From positions 41,903-105,902 of the IMG/VR virus record IMGVR_UViG_3300013121_000004: a stretch of 64,000 nt of DNA. The stretch is one strand, 5' to 3'. The DNA is from a virus (lineage: Duplodnaviria > Caudoviricetes). The translations under genes were made by a program, and so were the position numbers. Position 1 is the first letter of the stretch, and each line of letters begins with the position of its first letter. Shown here in pieces: positions 48,805-59,226 of the stretch. The notes under the pieces were generated by a model. That model saw only the letters and a program-made list of their open reading frames with translations, was not told the origin of the DNA and did no database searches.

Positions 48805-51800
48805 ATGGCAGTACCTTCTGGCATTATCGTAATGTGGCCGGGAACGAACGCGTCCATCCCGTCTGGATGGACTCGGGTAACTGCGCTCGATAGTAAGTTC
48901 CCTAAAGGTGCTGCTGCGGCCACCGAGGCTGGTAGCACAGGCGGCGCGTTAACTCACTCACATACAGATGCCAGCCACACTCACCCTATCGGATCACATA
49001 CTCACGGCACATATAACTCTGGTAATGCCTCTGGGGCTAAGCAAGAGATTTATACTACAACTGTCAGTTCCACAGCCGCTACCAGTTCGCATTATCATGT
49101 ACTTACTCCTGCATCTGGCAGTGGAACGTCTGGTGCGTCGGCTAACCAATCTACGTCTAGTAACCTTCCATCCTATTCTACAGTAATCTACATTCAGTCT
49201 AATGGTACAACAGATATTCCAGTAGATGCAGTAGCTTTCACTGACGATACAGTAGCGCCGAGTGGGTATAGAAAAGCCGATGGCACGGGCGGAGCGCCAT
49301 CATATAATGGTATTTATTTTTATGGCGCTGCTACTGCCGCTAACGCAGGGAGCACAGGCGGTGCGTTAACCACGCACACACATACACATGATCATAGTGT
49401 TGGTACTCACACACATACGTTAACAACACCTACAGGCAGCCCGTCTGCTTCTTTAGACATATGGCCTAGTGGAACCCCATCTGCGTCTGCTACGCACGGA
49501 CATACTGTGTCAGGCGCATCAGCTAACGCATCTGCTACAAGCACAGGGACAGCCACATCCTCTACTGGCACTATAGAGCCAGCATATAGGACTCTTCTGC
49601 CTATCCAAGCTACCTCCAGTAGCACAACGCCACCGAATATTGTTGTTCTATGGATTGGGCTTATAGCAGACATTCCCACAGGGTGGGTTCTGTGTGACGG
49701 TACTAATGGCACACCGGATCTGCGTGGAAAGTATATCAAAGGCTACACTGCTGGGGCGCACACTACTGGCGGCAATAACACACACTCTCACACGTACACG
49801 AATCACACCCACACTGCTACCCACTCGCATGGCGCTGGCACGCTAGCTCTCGCCGCTATAAACGATAGAGGATTCTTGGCTGGCACTTCTGGTTCGTTTG
49901 TTCCTGCCAATAACCATAATCACACTATAGGGTCTTTACCTTCTGTTAGTGCTACTGCTACAGCTGCTTCTCCTACAGTATCGACAGACTCTAACGAGCC
50001 ACCGTACTATACAGTGCAGTACATTATGAGCGCGGCACAAGTAGTAAACATTGATGAGTATGATGCGTCTAGTGTGCCTAACGATGTAACAGTAACTACT
50101 GGCCCCGTAACTGTAAGTGTTAATGAATATGATGCGTCTAGTACTCCGCCAAATGTTGAAAACGTATTCTACGGAACGGTGAATACTCACACCGTATCTA
50201 TTTCAGGCACTACATACTTGTATCCAAACGATGCATTAATAGATAGACTCCTATCTGGCGATTTTGGCAACGTAGTATACGAGTTCAAACTGTACAAAAC
50301 TAACGAGCATCTTGTGAGACTAGAGGACATCTCAGATAAACTAGTGGCTAATTCTGGCTCAATATCAGCTGAGCGTGGATATATGGTTGGCCGTACGGGG
50401 CAGATAGAACTTAAAGATTTAGACGGTATTGACCTAGAGAATCATAGATTCGAAATTGTTATAGAATATGACTTCAACGGCATTCCTCTAGAGTTCAAAC
50501 AGGGATACTTCGTCGGTAACGTGCCAACATACGGATACTCCAATATTGACACAAATATAGCCTTAACACTAGCGGATATATCCAGCTTACTGACGAAGCC
50601 TATCTCGCATCCTGTTATCATACAGGCTAATACTAATTATACTGAGGCGCTGAGAACTGTAGCTAGTATTGCGCATTTTTATAAAGTAGCGTTCCCTGCC
50701 ACTGATCTAGTTACACCAAATGATTTTATTTGGAATCCGGGTACACTTTGGGCCACTGTTCTGGAAGACCTTGCTCTAGGGGCTAACATGCTTCCTCCTT
50801 GGGTGTGTAAATACGGATTTCTGCAAACTAGAAGCAGAACTTCTCTTGATGAGAGGGCGCCTGACGTTGTGTACACGTCTGACGTTGACGAGGTAGCGGG
50901 CTCTCAGATACTTATACCTCCATTTAACACCACAATTAATCAAGCAGACCTAGTTAATGAGATAGTTATTCAGGTAAACGACCCTCTAAGAGACCCATTC
51001 TGGTCTACGTACTATATTGAGAATCCAGAGTCTCCTGTAGCTATCAAACCCCGTAAAGGCATCGGTAACTTCACTAAGTACTCATATCTAACAGGCGAGC
51101 GCGAAGGAGAGTACACGCCAGCGCAATTCAAAGTCACACCCGCTAACGTACAGGCAATTCAGCCGCATTACTTTAGTGATACATATAACCTTACAAACAC
51201 CATGACTATTGCTGCTTGGGTTAGGTTGTTTCCTAATGATACTAGACCTAGGAGAGAGTTTATATGTGGTTGGTGGGACGAAGGCGAGGAGTACGTCGCG
51301 CTAGCTATAGGCAACGAAGGATACGATGGTGAAATAGAGCTTGTACTGTTGTGGAATAACCCTACGCTAGGGGTATATGAGGCTGCGTTCGTTGTCCCAA
51401 GTATACCAGCAGATGGCGATACATGTTTGCTGGCTATTACATTATCTGATGGCGGAGTTGTATCTGACAATCTATTACGAAACTCCAACTGGGATGGCGG
51501 CAGTTTATCATACTGGGTTAATAGCTCTCCAGCTAGTAACGTAGTAACAATTACCGATCTCGCTCCTTCCCCTAACGAACTAGAGGTGTTCTTTACTGAT
51601 CCGGGTACGTCATTTAGCCAAGAATTTTCCATAGAAGATAGCTCTTCTCATCCAGATAGTAGATACAGGTACTTCATTGATTTTGAATATAAGATAACAG
51701 TAGCTGGAGGTGGAGTTGGAAATATAGCTTATCAGCTTTATAACGAAACAACCGAATCTTGGGGGTCTGTTACAAACATCGTTTCGTCTGCTGTAACCGT

Positions 51801-53349
51801 AGGTACTTGGACTAGTAAACGGGCCGCTATACATAGCGTATTAATAGGCTCAAACATAACAAAAGCTAGATTAATTCTCTACGGAACAGAGCCGACATCT
51901 GGTAATAGTTCAGTGTTTCTTCGAAGCGTTACATTCAAGAAAGCATTAGTAGGTAACTATTACATGACTGTGTACAATAGGGAGGGGACACAACTAGGCG
52001 CTTCTGCGTTGCTACTAGCTGACACAAATGACTATACGTCTGATTACGCGCTAACAGGTATTACCTCTAACTCTGTATTTAAGGTAGGATACGCAAATGG
52101 GGATGTAGTGCCATCCGTTGGGCCTAAATTAGCTCCCCTTTCCATAGGTGTAAACGATATCTCTGTATTCTATTCCTATTTATACCCAGATGATCTAGAG
52201 CCTTTAGCAAAAGGCGTATGGCCTACTAACATACCATTTGCAGCTATGTTCTACGATATGGATGACCCTCAGGGGAGTCCTGTAAATGACCACTCAGCTA
52301 GAGGGTTCACACTGTACCCATCTGCCACGAATGGACAATATGATGTGGACTCGTACATTGTAGACATGCTGCCTTGGGTGTATCTGCCTTTTGACGATGC
52401 CGCTGCGGCTACTACTGCTTTAAGCGGTATAGGCGGAGTAAAGGGGACGTATGTCGGCTCTCCCACTTTAGAGAATGCGTCTATTATAAGTAATAATACG
52501 TCTACATGTGTTAGATTAGACGGGTCTACGCAATACGTTACTGTTGAAGACAATGCGCGCATACGCGCGAACGACACGTTCTCTACGGTGCTATTCTTCA
52601 AGCCTGATGTGCTAAGAGTGCAGGGATTAATTGACAAAGGCAATGGAGTTACTAATGCTTGGCGCATATTTATGCACGATACAGCAGGAAGCATAACGTT
52701 TGACGTAGACGGAGGAGGAACATACGCTATTCAAGGAAACGTAGAAACTACTACTGGCGGGCTTAATATGGTGGCCGTTACTTACGATTACCAGACGACT
52801 ACAGCTAGGTTGTATGTTAATGGTGTGCTAGAAGGAGAGATAACTGTACCGACGTGTCATGCAGCTTCAGCTGGTGCTTTAGAGTTGGCCCCATCTCACA
52901 CCAACCGATTCGACGGCTACATGCAGCATTTTGCTTACTGGAATGGTGTAGCTCTGACAGCAGAACAAATTGAAGAACTGTGGATGTACGCTACTAACGC
53001 TGAAGTAGTTACACATGACGGTTTACTGTATGAAGTAGACGTAAACGATGGTGCAGATAGGTTTACAGCTACACCGTTCGTAATCAACATTCCTAGAATG
53101 GAAAGTCAAGCACAAGCAGATCTTGCTGCTGCTTACTTTGCTGAAGAGTACGCTTCCCAGTACATGCGAGGCGAAATTAATATCGGTATTGACCCTAGGA
53201 GATGCATCAACGAGATGGCTTACTTGTACATTAAAGACGCGGATGGGAATATAGTGACTGACGGGAAATGGCTGATTGAAAGCTGGACTATGCCACTACA
53301 GGTTGGCGGTGAAATGAGTATGGTATTTAGTAGATTGGAGAAATTCTAA
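48805..53349 (+). CDS. tail-tip protein: collar/HxH fibre module + 23-aa repeats + hub-like body with LamG/CBM-like inserts
   Basis: PSGIIVMW...IPSGW, WVLCDGTNGTPDLRG, many HTH/HSH motifs; MTIAAWVR and TARLYVNG LamG signatures. Confidence 0.75.
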   Translation: MAVPSGIIVMWPGTNASIPSGWTRVTALDSKFPKGAAAATEAGSTGGALTHSHTDASHTHPIGSHTHGTYNSGNASGAKQEIYTTTVSSTAATSSHYHVLTPASGSGTSGASANQSTSSNLPSYSTVIYIQSNGTTDIPVDAVAFTDDTVAPSGYRKADGTGGAPSYNGIYFYGAATAANAGSTGGALTTHTHTHDHSVGTHTHTLTTPTGSPSASLDIWPSGTPSASATHGHTVSGASANASATSTGTATSSTGTIEPAYRTLLPIQATSSSTTPPNIVVLWIGLIADIPTGWVLCDGTNGTPDLRGKYIKGYTAGAHTTGGNNTHSHTYTNHTHTATHSHGAGTLALAAINDRGFLAGTSGSFVPANNHNHTIGSLPSVSATATAASPTVSTDSNEPPYYTVQYIMSAAQVVNIDEYDASSVPNDVTVTTGPVTVSVNEYDASSTPPNVENVFYGTVNTHTVSISGTTYLYPNDALIDRLLSGDFGNVVYEFKLYKTNEHLVRLEDISDKLVANSGSISAERGYMVGRTGQIELKDLDGIDLENHRFEIVIEYDFNGIPLEFKQGYFVGNVPTYGYSNIDTNIALTLADISSLLTKPISHPVIIQANTNYTEALRTVASIAHFYKVAFPATDLVTPNDFIWNPGTLWATVLEDLALGANMLPPWVCKYGFLQTRSRTSLDERAPDVVYTSDVDEVAGSQILIPPFNTTINQADLVNEIVIQVNDPLRDPFWSTYYIENPESPVAIKPRKGIGNFTKYSYLTGEREGEYTPAQFKVTPANVQAIQPHYFSDTYNLTNTMTIAAWVRLFPNDTRPRREFICGWWDEGEEYVALAIGNEGYDGEIELVLLWNNPTLGVYEAAFVVPSIPADGDTCLLAITLSDGGVVSDNLLRNSNWDGGSLSYWVNSSPASNVVTITDLAPSPNELEVFFTDPGTSFSQEFSIEDSSSHPDSRYRYFIDFEYKITVAGGGVGNIAYQLYNETTESWGSVTNIVSSAVTVGTWTSKRAAIHSVLIGSNITKARLILYGTEPTSGNSSVFLRSVTFKKALVGNYYMTVYNREGTQLGASALLLADTNDYTSDYALTGITSNSVFKVGYANGDVVPSVGPKLAPLSIGVNDISVFYSYLYPDDLEPLAKGVWPTNIPFAAMFYDMDDPQGSPVNDHSARGFTLYPSATNGQYDVDSYIVDMLPWVYLPFDDAAAATTALSGIGGVKGTYVGSPTLENASIISNNTSTCVRLDGSTQYVTVEDNARIRANDTFSTVLFFKPDVLRVQGLIDKGNGVTNAWRIFMHDTAGSITFDVDGGGTYAIQGNVETTTGGLNMVAVTYDYQTTTARLYVNGVLEGEITVPTCHAASAGALELAPSHTNRFDGYMQHFAYWNGVALTAEQIEELWMYATNAEVVTHDGLLYEVDVNDGADRFTATPFVINIPRMESQAQADLAAAYFAEEYASQYMRGEINIGIDPRRCINEMAYLYIKDADGNIVTDGKWLIESWTMPLQVGGEMSMVFSRLEKF

Positions 53350-54305
53350 TGAGCATTAATAAAGTTGCCAAAGACATGTTGTCTCATATAGAGAGTCAAT
53401 CTGAAGTATGGGCTAAAACTCAAGTACCAGCTACTTGGAATATACGAGGAATAATAACGGACATAGACTCTACAGGCTCTCTTGCGAAAGTACAAAGAGT
53501 CGGGCAAGACTATGCTGATCCGTCTTTCTACCCTACTCTGTACCCGTACTTCCCTAGGGTTGGGGATAATGTGCTTTGTGGCGTATTGTCAGAAGGCATT
53601 ATTGTATTAGGTAAAATAAACAACCATGCGTCTACTGAAGTGGGGTCTACCATGGACACGAATAAGAACAACGTTCTACTAAGAGAGCTAGAACTAAAAG
53701 ACCCTGCCGTAGAGGCACAAACATACTCTGCGGTATCTGCTAACTGGGTAACTAACAAGACAAGAGTACGTCCACATATTCTTTATTTGGATAATAGTAC
53801 AACAGTGCACACTGACCCTACAGCATGGACTAGTATTTATAATTACTCAGTCCCAGCTGGGACAGTAGTACAGAATGAAATACTACACGTTTACGCTGTT
53901 ATGTTCTTTTACACTACTGGTGCTGCGCGTGCTATAGGGTTTAGGGTAACCTTTGGCGGAGATGTTATGTACTCTACGTTAACATCCGAAACCTTTAACC
54001 ATACTAACAGACTTATATTAGTACTGGATGCGTACATATCAATATCATCCTCTACGATTGCTAGCTTATACGGCACTATGTATCTTGGGTCGGCTACTGC
54101 CGCTTCTGTAGAAGGCTACCCACAGATAGCTAGAACTAACTCTTCGTTTAGTGAGCCTGTGTACGGATCAGCGATAAGTATACCATCTATCTCTGTAAAC
54201 GATACTACTATTCTGATTGAGGCTTACTTAAGCGATATCACTGGAGCGGAACATATAGACAGTCAACTACTTATCATAGAAAAAATACCAAACCATCAAA
54301 CATAA
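53349..54305 (+). CDS. tail spike/tip-associated protein
   Basis: N-terminal OB-like YFPRVGDNVL...IIVLGKI; last gene of the tail operon. Confidence 0.55.
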   Translation: MSINKVAKDMLSHIESQSEVWAKTQVPATWNIRGIITDIDSTGSLAKVQRVGQDYADPSFYPTLYPYFPRVGDNVLCGVLSEGIIVLGKINNHASTEVGSTMDTNKNNVLLRELELKDPAVEAQTYSAVSANWVTNKTRVRPHILYLDNSTTVHTDPTAWTSIYNYSVPAGTVVQNEILHVYAVMFFYTTGAARAIGFRVTFGGDVMYSTLTSETFNHTNRLILVLDAYISISSSTIASLYGTMYLGSATAASVEGYPQIARTNSSFSEPVYGSAISIPSISVNDTTILIEAYLSDITGAEHIDSQLLIIEKIPNHQT

Positions 54306-54337
54306 AAAAAAAAATAGGGGAGCCTCGAAGGCTCCCC
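54304..54337 (-). terminator. intrinsic terminator at convergent junction
   Basis: GGGGAGCCT/AGGCTCCCC stem with long T run on the minus strand. Confidence 0.85.
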
Positions 54338-54342
54338 ATCTA

Positions 54343-55701
54343 TTATCTAACTAACAGTTTCTTGTGCCGTGGTTTTCGCTCAGTCAGATACAACCTATGT
54401 CGTGAGTCTACTCCGAATTTCTCACTAAAGAATATTAGCTCTTGACTTGGGGGCGACCAGATCCCCGATGTATCTGTCAACCAAGGAGAGCCTCCATCCA
54501 TAGCTGCATTTTGTATCACCTCAATACCTTGCATTTCCAATGATGCTGCGTGATGCTTATGCCCTAGCAGCATCACATCTAGCGGTACTCCACCAAAATG
54601 CCTGATAGCATCCCATCGTAGTGTAGTTAGCTCCATAGAGTTCAGAGAACTCTTGTATCCTAGCTGATGCCCATGAATACCACCTACATAGTACCCCATA
54701 GAGTTGAACACAAATCTATCGTCAATAGGCTCAATAAACTCAATGTCCAAGTTAGTGCATGTGCGCTTTAGAATCTCAAACACGAGCCTATCGTAGTTAT
54801 CTTTGTTAAGATTTGGATCATCCTTCTTTGCTGTTCTACCATGGTTACCGTATGCGCTGGTAACTGCTACTTTTTTGAAGTATCCTCTCACTTCAGCAAG
54901 GAACGCGGCCAGCATATCCGCCATGATGAGAACTTGGTCGATAGTAGAGTCGCCGCCTTTATACCTGTCAAGATACATTCTCTGTGAGGCGAAGATAATG
55001 CAACCTTCGATAAGGTCGCCAATAAGTGCAACAATTAGTTTCTCTACTTTCCCTTCATATCGTTGTACTGTTACGCACTCGATTAGCTTTTGCAGTATGG
55101 CCGGAAAGTATTGATCCATCAGCACCTTTATGCCAATGTCATTGACCCATTTTCCGCATTGAGTGTCACTGATACATAAAACAGCCTCTGTGGCTCTCCC
55201 AGAGCCCTCAGAAAAGCCTCTAGGTGTAAAAGTGAACCGAGGAGCCCTTTCTGGATTATTTATCCATTCTTCGAGCCTGTTGATTACTACTTCCGTACGA
55301 GATTCTGCTTTAAGGAGAGCCCGCTGGAGGACGCCCACCTGACGGTCGAGTTCGATTACTACTTCGTTCTTCCTAGCAGCTACATCAACTGGATCTACTT
55401 CTTTTAGATCCTCGATCATCTCTAGGTTCTTACGGTCTTTCTCTGCGCCAGCCCGACACGACTCAGAACAATACTTCTGAGATACGGACTTTGGTGTAAA
55501 CCTATTTGGGCATGAGTACCTTCCGCACTCGGAAGTCTTTAGAAGAGCGGCTACGCTAGCGTTAGATGTTTGTGCTTTAAGTCTCTTTAGTCTTTTGTTC
55601 TCGGCTTTGCGGCAGTTATCGCTACAGTATAGTTTAGATTGATTATCTTGTTTCTCAAATAGATTCTTACACGCTTCTCTTCCGCATTTAATGATTTCCA
55701 T
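54343..55701 (-). CDS. calcineurin-like metallophosphoesterase with N-terminal Cys-rich repeats
   Basis: SDTQ, GDLIEG, GNHG, HGH, GHKH; two C-x4-C...YCS..C units. Confidence 0.85.
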   Translation of the reverse strand: MEIIKCGREACKNLFEKQDNQSKLYCSDNCRKAENKRLKRLKAQTSNASVAALLKTSECGRYSCPNRFTPKSVSQKYCSESCRAGAEKDRKNLEMIEDLKEVDPVDVAARKNEVVIELDRQVGVLQRALLKAESRTEVVINRLEEWINNPERAPRFTFTPRGFSEGSGRATEAVLCISDTQCGKWVNDIGIKVLMDQYFPAILQKLIECVTVQRYEGKVEKLIVALIGDLIEGCIIFASQRMYLDRYKGGDSTIDQVLIMADMLAAFLAEVRGYFKKVAVTSAYGNHGRTAKKDDPNLNKDNYDRLVFEILKRTCTNLDIEFIEPIDDRFVFNSMGYYVGGIHGHQLGYKSSLNSMELTTLRWDAIRHFGGVPLDVMLLGHKHHAASLEMQGIEVIQNAAMDGGSPWLTDTSGIWSPPSQELIFFSEKFGVDSRHRLYLTERKPRHKKLLVR

Positions 55702-56276
55702 TAGCTGTCGTCGCCCTCGTCTTCTTCATAGAAATCGTCGTCGCCATCGTCATCTTCGTTATCATCTAGCCCGAAGTACTTAAGGAATACCTGCATCATT
55801 GCGTTTTCTCCCTTCCCGTTAGTACTGTCATTGTCGATATGGAATTCCTCAAGATACTCTATTGGAATCCCTGCTTCCTTCAAGAGAGCGATACCGTCTG
55901 AATGGCGATAATGATCAGCGAAGTAAACTTTGGTGATACCTGCATTGATAATCCGTTTAGCACATGTCTTACATGGTGCTGCTGTAACGAACATTACTTT
56001 CGTAGGTTCGCGATAGTCTAGCTTTGCGATAGCGTTGTCTTCAGCGTGCAAGCATCCGCAGCCACCGGGTACTGTTGGCGCATCGCATTGATTAGGGCCG
56101 CCTCTATGCGACCCGTTATACCCTAAGGATAATGATCTTGTGAAATCTGCATCTGTAATAACACAGCCTACTTGGAACCTCTGGCATGAAGACCGGCCCT
56201 CTGCTAGTAAATAAGCAAACTCCATCCAAAGAATTTTCATAGGGACTCGATTAACTCGTAGTGGATACTCATCCAT
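55701..56276 (-). CDS. dCMP deaminase family protein
   Basis: SCQRFQVGCVI, GYNG, HAEDNAI, PCKTC. Confidence 0.9.
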   Translation of the reverse strand: MDEYPLRVNRVPMKILWMEFAYLLAEGRSSCQRFQVGCVITDADFTRSLSLGYNGSHRGGPNQCDAPTVPGGCGCLHAEDNAIAKLDYREPTKVMFVTAAPCKTCAKRIINAGITKVYFADHYRHSDGIALLKEAGIPIEYLEEFHIDNDSTNGKGENAMMQVFLKYFGLDDNEDDDGDDDFYEEDEGDDS

Positions 56277-56290
56277 AAATACCTACCTTT

Positions 56291-57109
56291 CTACGGAACA
56301 AAACAGGTTGAGTGATGAACTTCTTTCTCAGGGTGTAGTAAGCTTTCTCCTACATGCTGTACGTAGGAATTTTTACTTTCGTAAATCTTGAGTCCGATAT
56401 CCTTCATAGCTCTGCTCCATTGGATATCGTATCCGGGTGCTATATTTGATCTAATTGTTGCTTCCTTGTCGAGCATAAGCATTAATGCTCTCTTAGGAAA
56501 AATGACGCATTGTGTACCGTAGAATTTAGTAGGGTCTACTAAATTCAAATTAGTTAGCTTTTTAGAAGCATGACCATCATTAGGGAGGTACAGCGAAACC
56601 ATACCTGCGTTCTCGGGTATTTCTGTTTCTTCTAGGAATTTAACAAACTGAGACGAGAACTGTAAATCGTCTTCAAGCCACATTACGTATTGAATACTTG
56701 CGTCTTCTGCCACAGCGCGTAAAGTTTTCCTAAGCGCCACCCATGCTGCGTCCTGTACGGAGTAGTACTTTTCTCCTATGTCGGGGCCGTTTGTATTATA
56801 CTTGTACGGGTGCACACACACATAGTCACAAACCCAATCAGAGGCAATTTCTAGCACCTCCGCCGAGATGTAATCGTCTTGATCTAAATCAATAACTAAA
56901 ATGGCAGGACGTATATCTGATTCAATCGCTACGTGCCGTATAAAGCTCTCTACGGTTGTAGAGAGCTTACGGCTCTTGGCGTATGTCAGAAATACAGGCT
57001 TAATCTGTGATATCTGCAACTGCGCCTTCCTTACTCTTTGATGCTGCTGTAATAACTGCGTGACGCTTGAATACATACAGAACCTGCTTAGAAAAATCAT
57101 TAACTTCAT
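56291..57109 (-). CDS. glycosyltransferase, GT-A fold
   Basis: WLEDD, GTQC, YDI, YVQHVG; true start probably downstream of the annotated one. Confidence 0.7.
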   Translation of the reverse strand: MKLMIFLSRFCMYSSVTQLLQQHQRVRKAQLQISQIKPVFLTYAKSRKLSTTVESFIRHVAIESDIRPAILVIDLDQDDYISAEVLEIASDWVCDYVCVHPYKYNTNGPDIGEKYYSVQDAAWVALRKTLRAVAEDASIQYVMWLEDDLQFSSQFVKFLEETEIPENAGMVSLYLPNDGHASKKLTNLNLVDPTKFYGTQCVIFPKRALMLMLDKEATIRSNIAPGYDIQWSRAMKDIGLKIYESKNSYVQHVGESLLHPEKEVHHSTCFVP

Positions 57110-57689
57110 CTATTACACGATCTAGTTTATATCCTGCTGCCTCTACTACGTCTACGTCTACGTAATTATATCGGAAGCCGCCAATTTCAGTATCGTCTGT
57201 GTCAGGTTCGTCCGGGAATGATGTAACCATAAAGTATTGTGGCTTCATCTCTAATACCTTATTGATTAGCGAATCACTTAGAACAATAGGAAGGTGCTGT
57301 AACACGTTGCGAAGTAAAACCGCATCCGCAACAGGCAGTTTGAAATCCTTGTCTGTAAAGTCTGCTACTGTATATTGCGTGGTAGTTGCGTTTACTTTAC
57401 GCCGAGACTTTACCCGCATAGCGTCTACGCCAATATACTTCCAACCAGATAGGTCTAGCGTAGAGATCCAGTTACAATCCCCGCAGCCTAGATCTAATAG
57501 AGTCGGAGTAGCAGAACGCCGACTTGATTTAAGTAGATAAGCACTCGCTGCTTCCTTAATAACTTCAGGTAGCTGTTCCCGTAGAGGCTGCGTATTAGCT
57601 ACTTCTGATCCCGGCCCACTTACTGTTTCCGCGCTATTCCACTCGCGGTTGTCTGCGATTCTCTGAAAAACCTCTAGTACTTCATTCAT
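57000..57689 (-). CDS. class I SAM-dependent methyltransferase
   Basis: SGPGS, LLDLGCGD, YIGVD, RNVLQHL. Confidence 0.85.
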   Translation of the reverse strand: MNEVLEVFQRIADNREWNSAETVSGPGSEVANTQPLREQLPEVIKEAASAYLLKSSRRSATPTLLDLGCGDCNWISTLDLSGWKYIGVDAMRVKSRRKVNATTTQYTVADFTDKDFKLPVADAVLLRNVLQHLPIVLSDSLINKVLEMKPQYFMVTSFPDEPDTDDTEIGGFRYNYVDVDVVEAAGYKLDRVIDEVNDFSKQVLYVFKRHAVITAASKSKEGAVADITD

Positions 57690-57699
57690 ATATTACTCC

Positions 57700-57885
57700 T
57701 TAAAGCGTTTTTGTTGAGTTATTGATAGTGATTGACAGCACACGCTCAGGGTTAACAACTATTAGACCTTCATCACACGTAACGCGATGCCAATTACCTT
57801 TTAGGTTTAGGTCTGTAACGTTGTGTAACGTCATAATATGTCCGTTGTCAAAAAGATACCTGCGTGTTGCTTCGATTACACTCAT
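57700..57885 (-). CDS. small hypothetical protein
   Basis: AAGGAG SD; 61 aa. Confidence 0.6.
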   Translation of the reverse strand: MSVIEATRRYLFDNGHIMTLHNVTDLNLKGNWHRVTCDEGLIVVNPERVLSITINNSTKTL

Positions 57886-57897
57886 TATGATTCTCCT

Positions 57898-58668
57898 TCA
57901 TGTTTGTACCGCACCGGCCCACGAGTGACCCCAGCGGTGGATGGCGTATGCTTCTGGATATTCTTCATTTGCCCGCTCTTTCTCTGTGAAGTAATAAGGG
58001 TAAAACATCTCTTTAGGAAACACAACTAAATCCTTGTGTTGCTGGAGAATTGGTGTCCTAAATCCCGGCCCCGTTACGCCATTAATTCCAACTCCTTTCC
58101 TAGTGCGCATTGATTCAGGAATTGCGTCAATAAGATCCTTAAACGCTTGATGCTTCGGGGTAGCCCCCATTATGCCGCCAGAGATAATACCGTACCCTTC
58201 AGTAGCAGCGAATGCACGTACATCTCCTTGGATAAGTGGATCAATTCTCTTCTTTGGCTCGAAGTCGCAATCTACGTACACACCACCGAAGTGGTACAGT
58301 AGTTCAACGCAAAGGATGTCGCACTTTTGTGCGCCCACACTGGTGCTTCTGTACTGCTCTTGATTGATCATCTTAGCACCGTACGTGAGGTCGTCTTTCA
58401 TGAAATTATCTACGTTACTATCTCGCCATAGCGTTACAGTCCAATCTGGATACATATTGACCCACATGTTGATATAAACCTGATACTCCACCGGGAGCGG
58501 ATTTGTGCCAACCCAAATAAAGTGAAACATCTTAGGGATTGCTTGTGTGTTTGTTACGTCTAGTGCCATTTTAGCTCTCTTCCTCTGCAATGCTAGCAGC
58601 TTCAGTATGTACGTTTCCGTATACGAAACTTGTTTTCTGTTTATCTGCTTCTGTAAGCGTTTCGTCAT
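57898..58668 (-). CDS. glycosyltransferase, DXD sugar-binding family (GT32/OCH1-like)
   Basis: IPKMFHFIWVG, LYHFGGVYVDCD, TGPG, FYPY, YAIHRW. Confidence 0.9.
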   Translation of the reverse strand: MTKRLQKQINRKQVSYTETYILKLLALQRKRAKMALDVTNTQAIPKMFHFIWVGTNPLPVEYQVYINMWVNMYPDWTVTLWRDSNVDNFMKDDLTYGAKMINQEQYRSTSVGAQKCDILCVELLYHFGGVYVDCDFEPKKRIDPLIQGDVRAFAATEGYGIISGGIMGATPKHQAFKDLIDAIPESMRTRKGVGINGVTGPGFRTPILQQHKDLVVFPKEMFYPYYFTEKERANEEYPEAYAIHRWGHSWAGAVQT

Positions 58669-59225
58669 TCTGTCCCTGTGAATGTATCATACTCCTCCCA
58701 AGATTTAATGAACGGATAATTGCTGCGCTCGATGTGCCTTATGTCCATATACTTGTTCCATTCCTTCTCTACAGTGCACACTCGCGTAAGAAAATCTGCC
58801 CACTTGTTTTGCTCTCTTGGAATGTAGTGTACTTTGAATTCATTGAACACCATTAACTTTTCTAGGACAGATTCTTTATGCTCTTTTAGTATATCGTTTC
58901 GAGTAGCATACTGGCCGTTAATCTGCTTGACCGCTAGTTGGCTATCACTGTAGACTACGATTTTATCCACAGTAGATACTGTGCCTGCCAGTACTGCGCC
59001 GACATCTATCGCAACATACTCTAATATGTTGATACTAACTCTGTACTCCTCTAGTCGATCGTAGTCAATTGGAATAGAGAAGTCTAGCAATCGCTCTGAT
59101 ACTGACTTGAGATTATTAGATCTAGTCTTCTTATGATGGATTACTGAAACTGACCCACCGATACAAGCCAGTCTTTTGGTAGTCATCAACGAAGCATCTG
59201 CGTGTAGCTCTAGTATAGGTTCCAT
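58665..59225 (-). CDS. RNase HI-like protein
   Basis: HADAS, NILEY, YSDSQLAVKQING, IPREQNKWAD. Confidence 0.85.
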   Translation of the reverse strand: MEPILELHADASLMTTKRLACIGGSVSVIHHKKTRSNNLKSVSERLLDFSIPIDYDRLEEYRVSINILEYVAIDVGAVLAGTVSTVDKIVVYSDSQLAVKQINGQYATRNDILKEHKESVLEKLMVFNEFKVHYIPREQNKWADFLTRVCTVEKEWNKYMDIRHIERSNYPFIKSWEEYDTFTGTE

Positions 59226-59226
59226 A

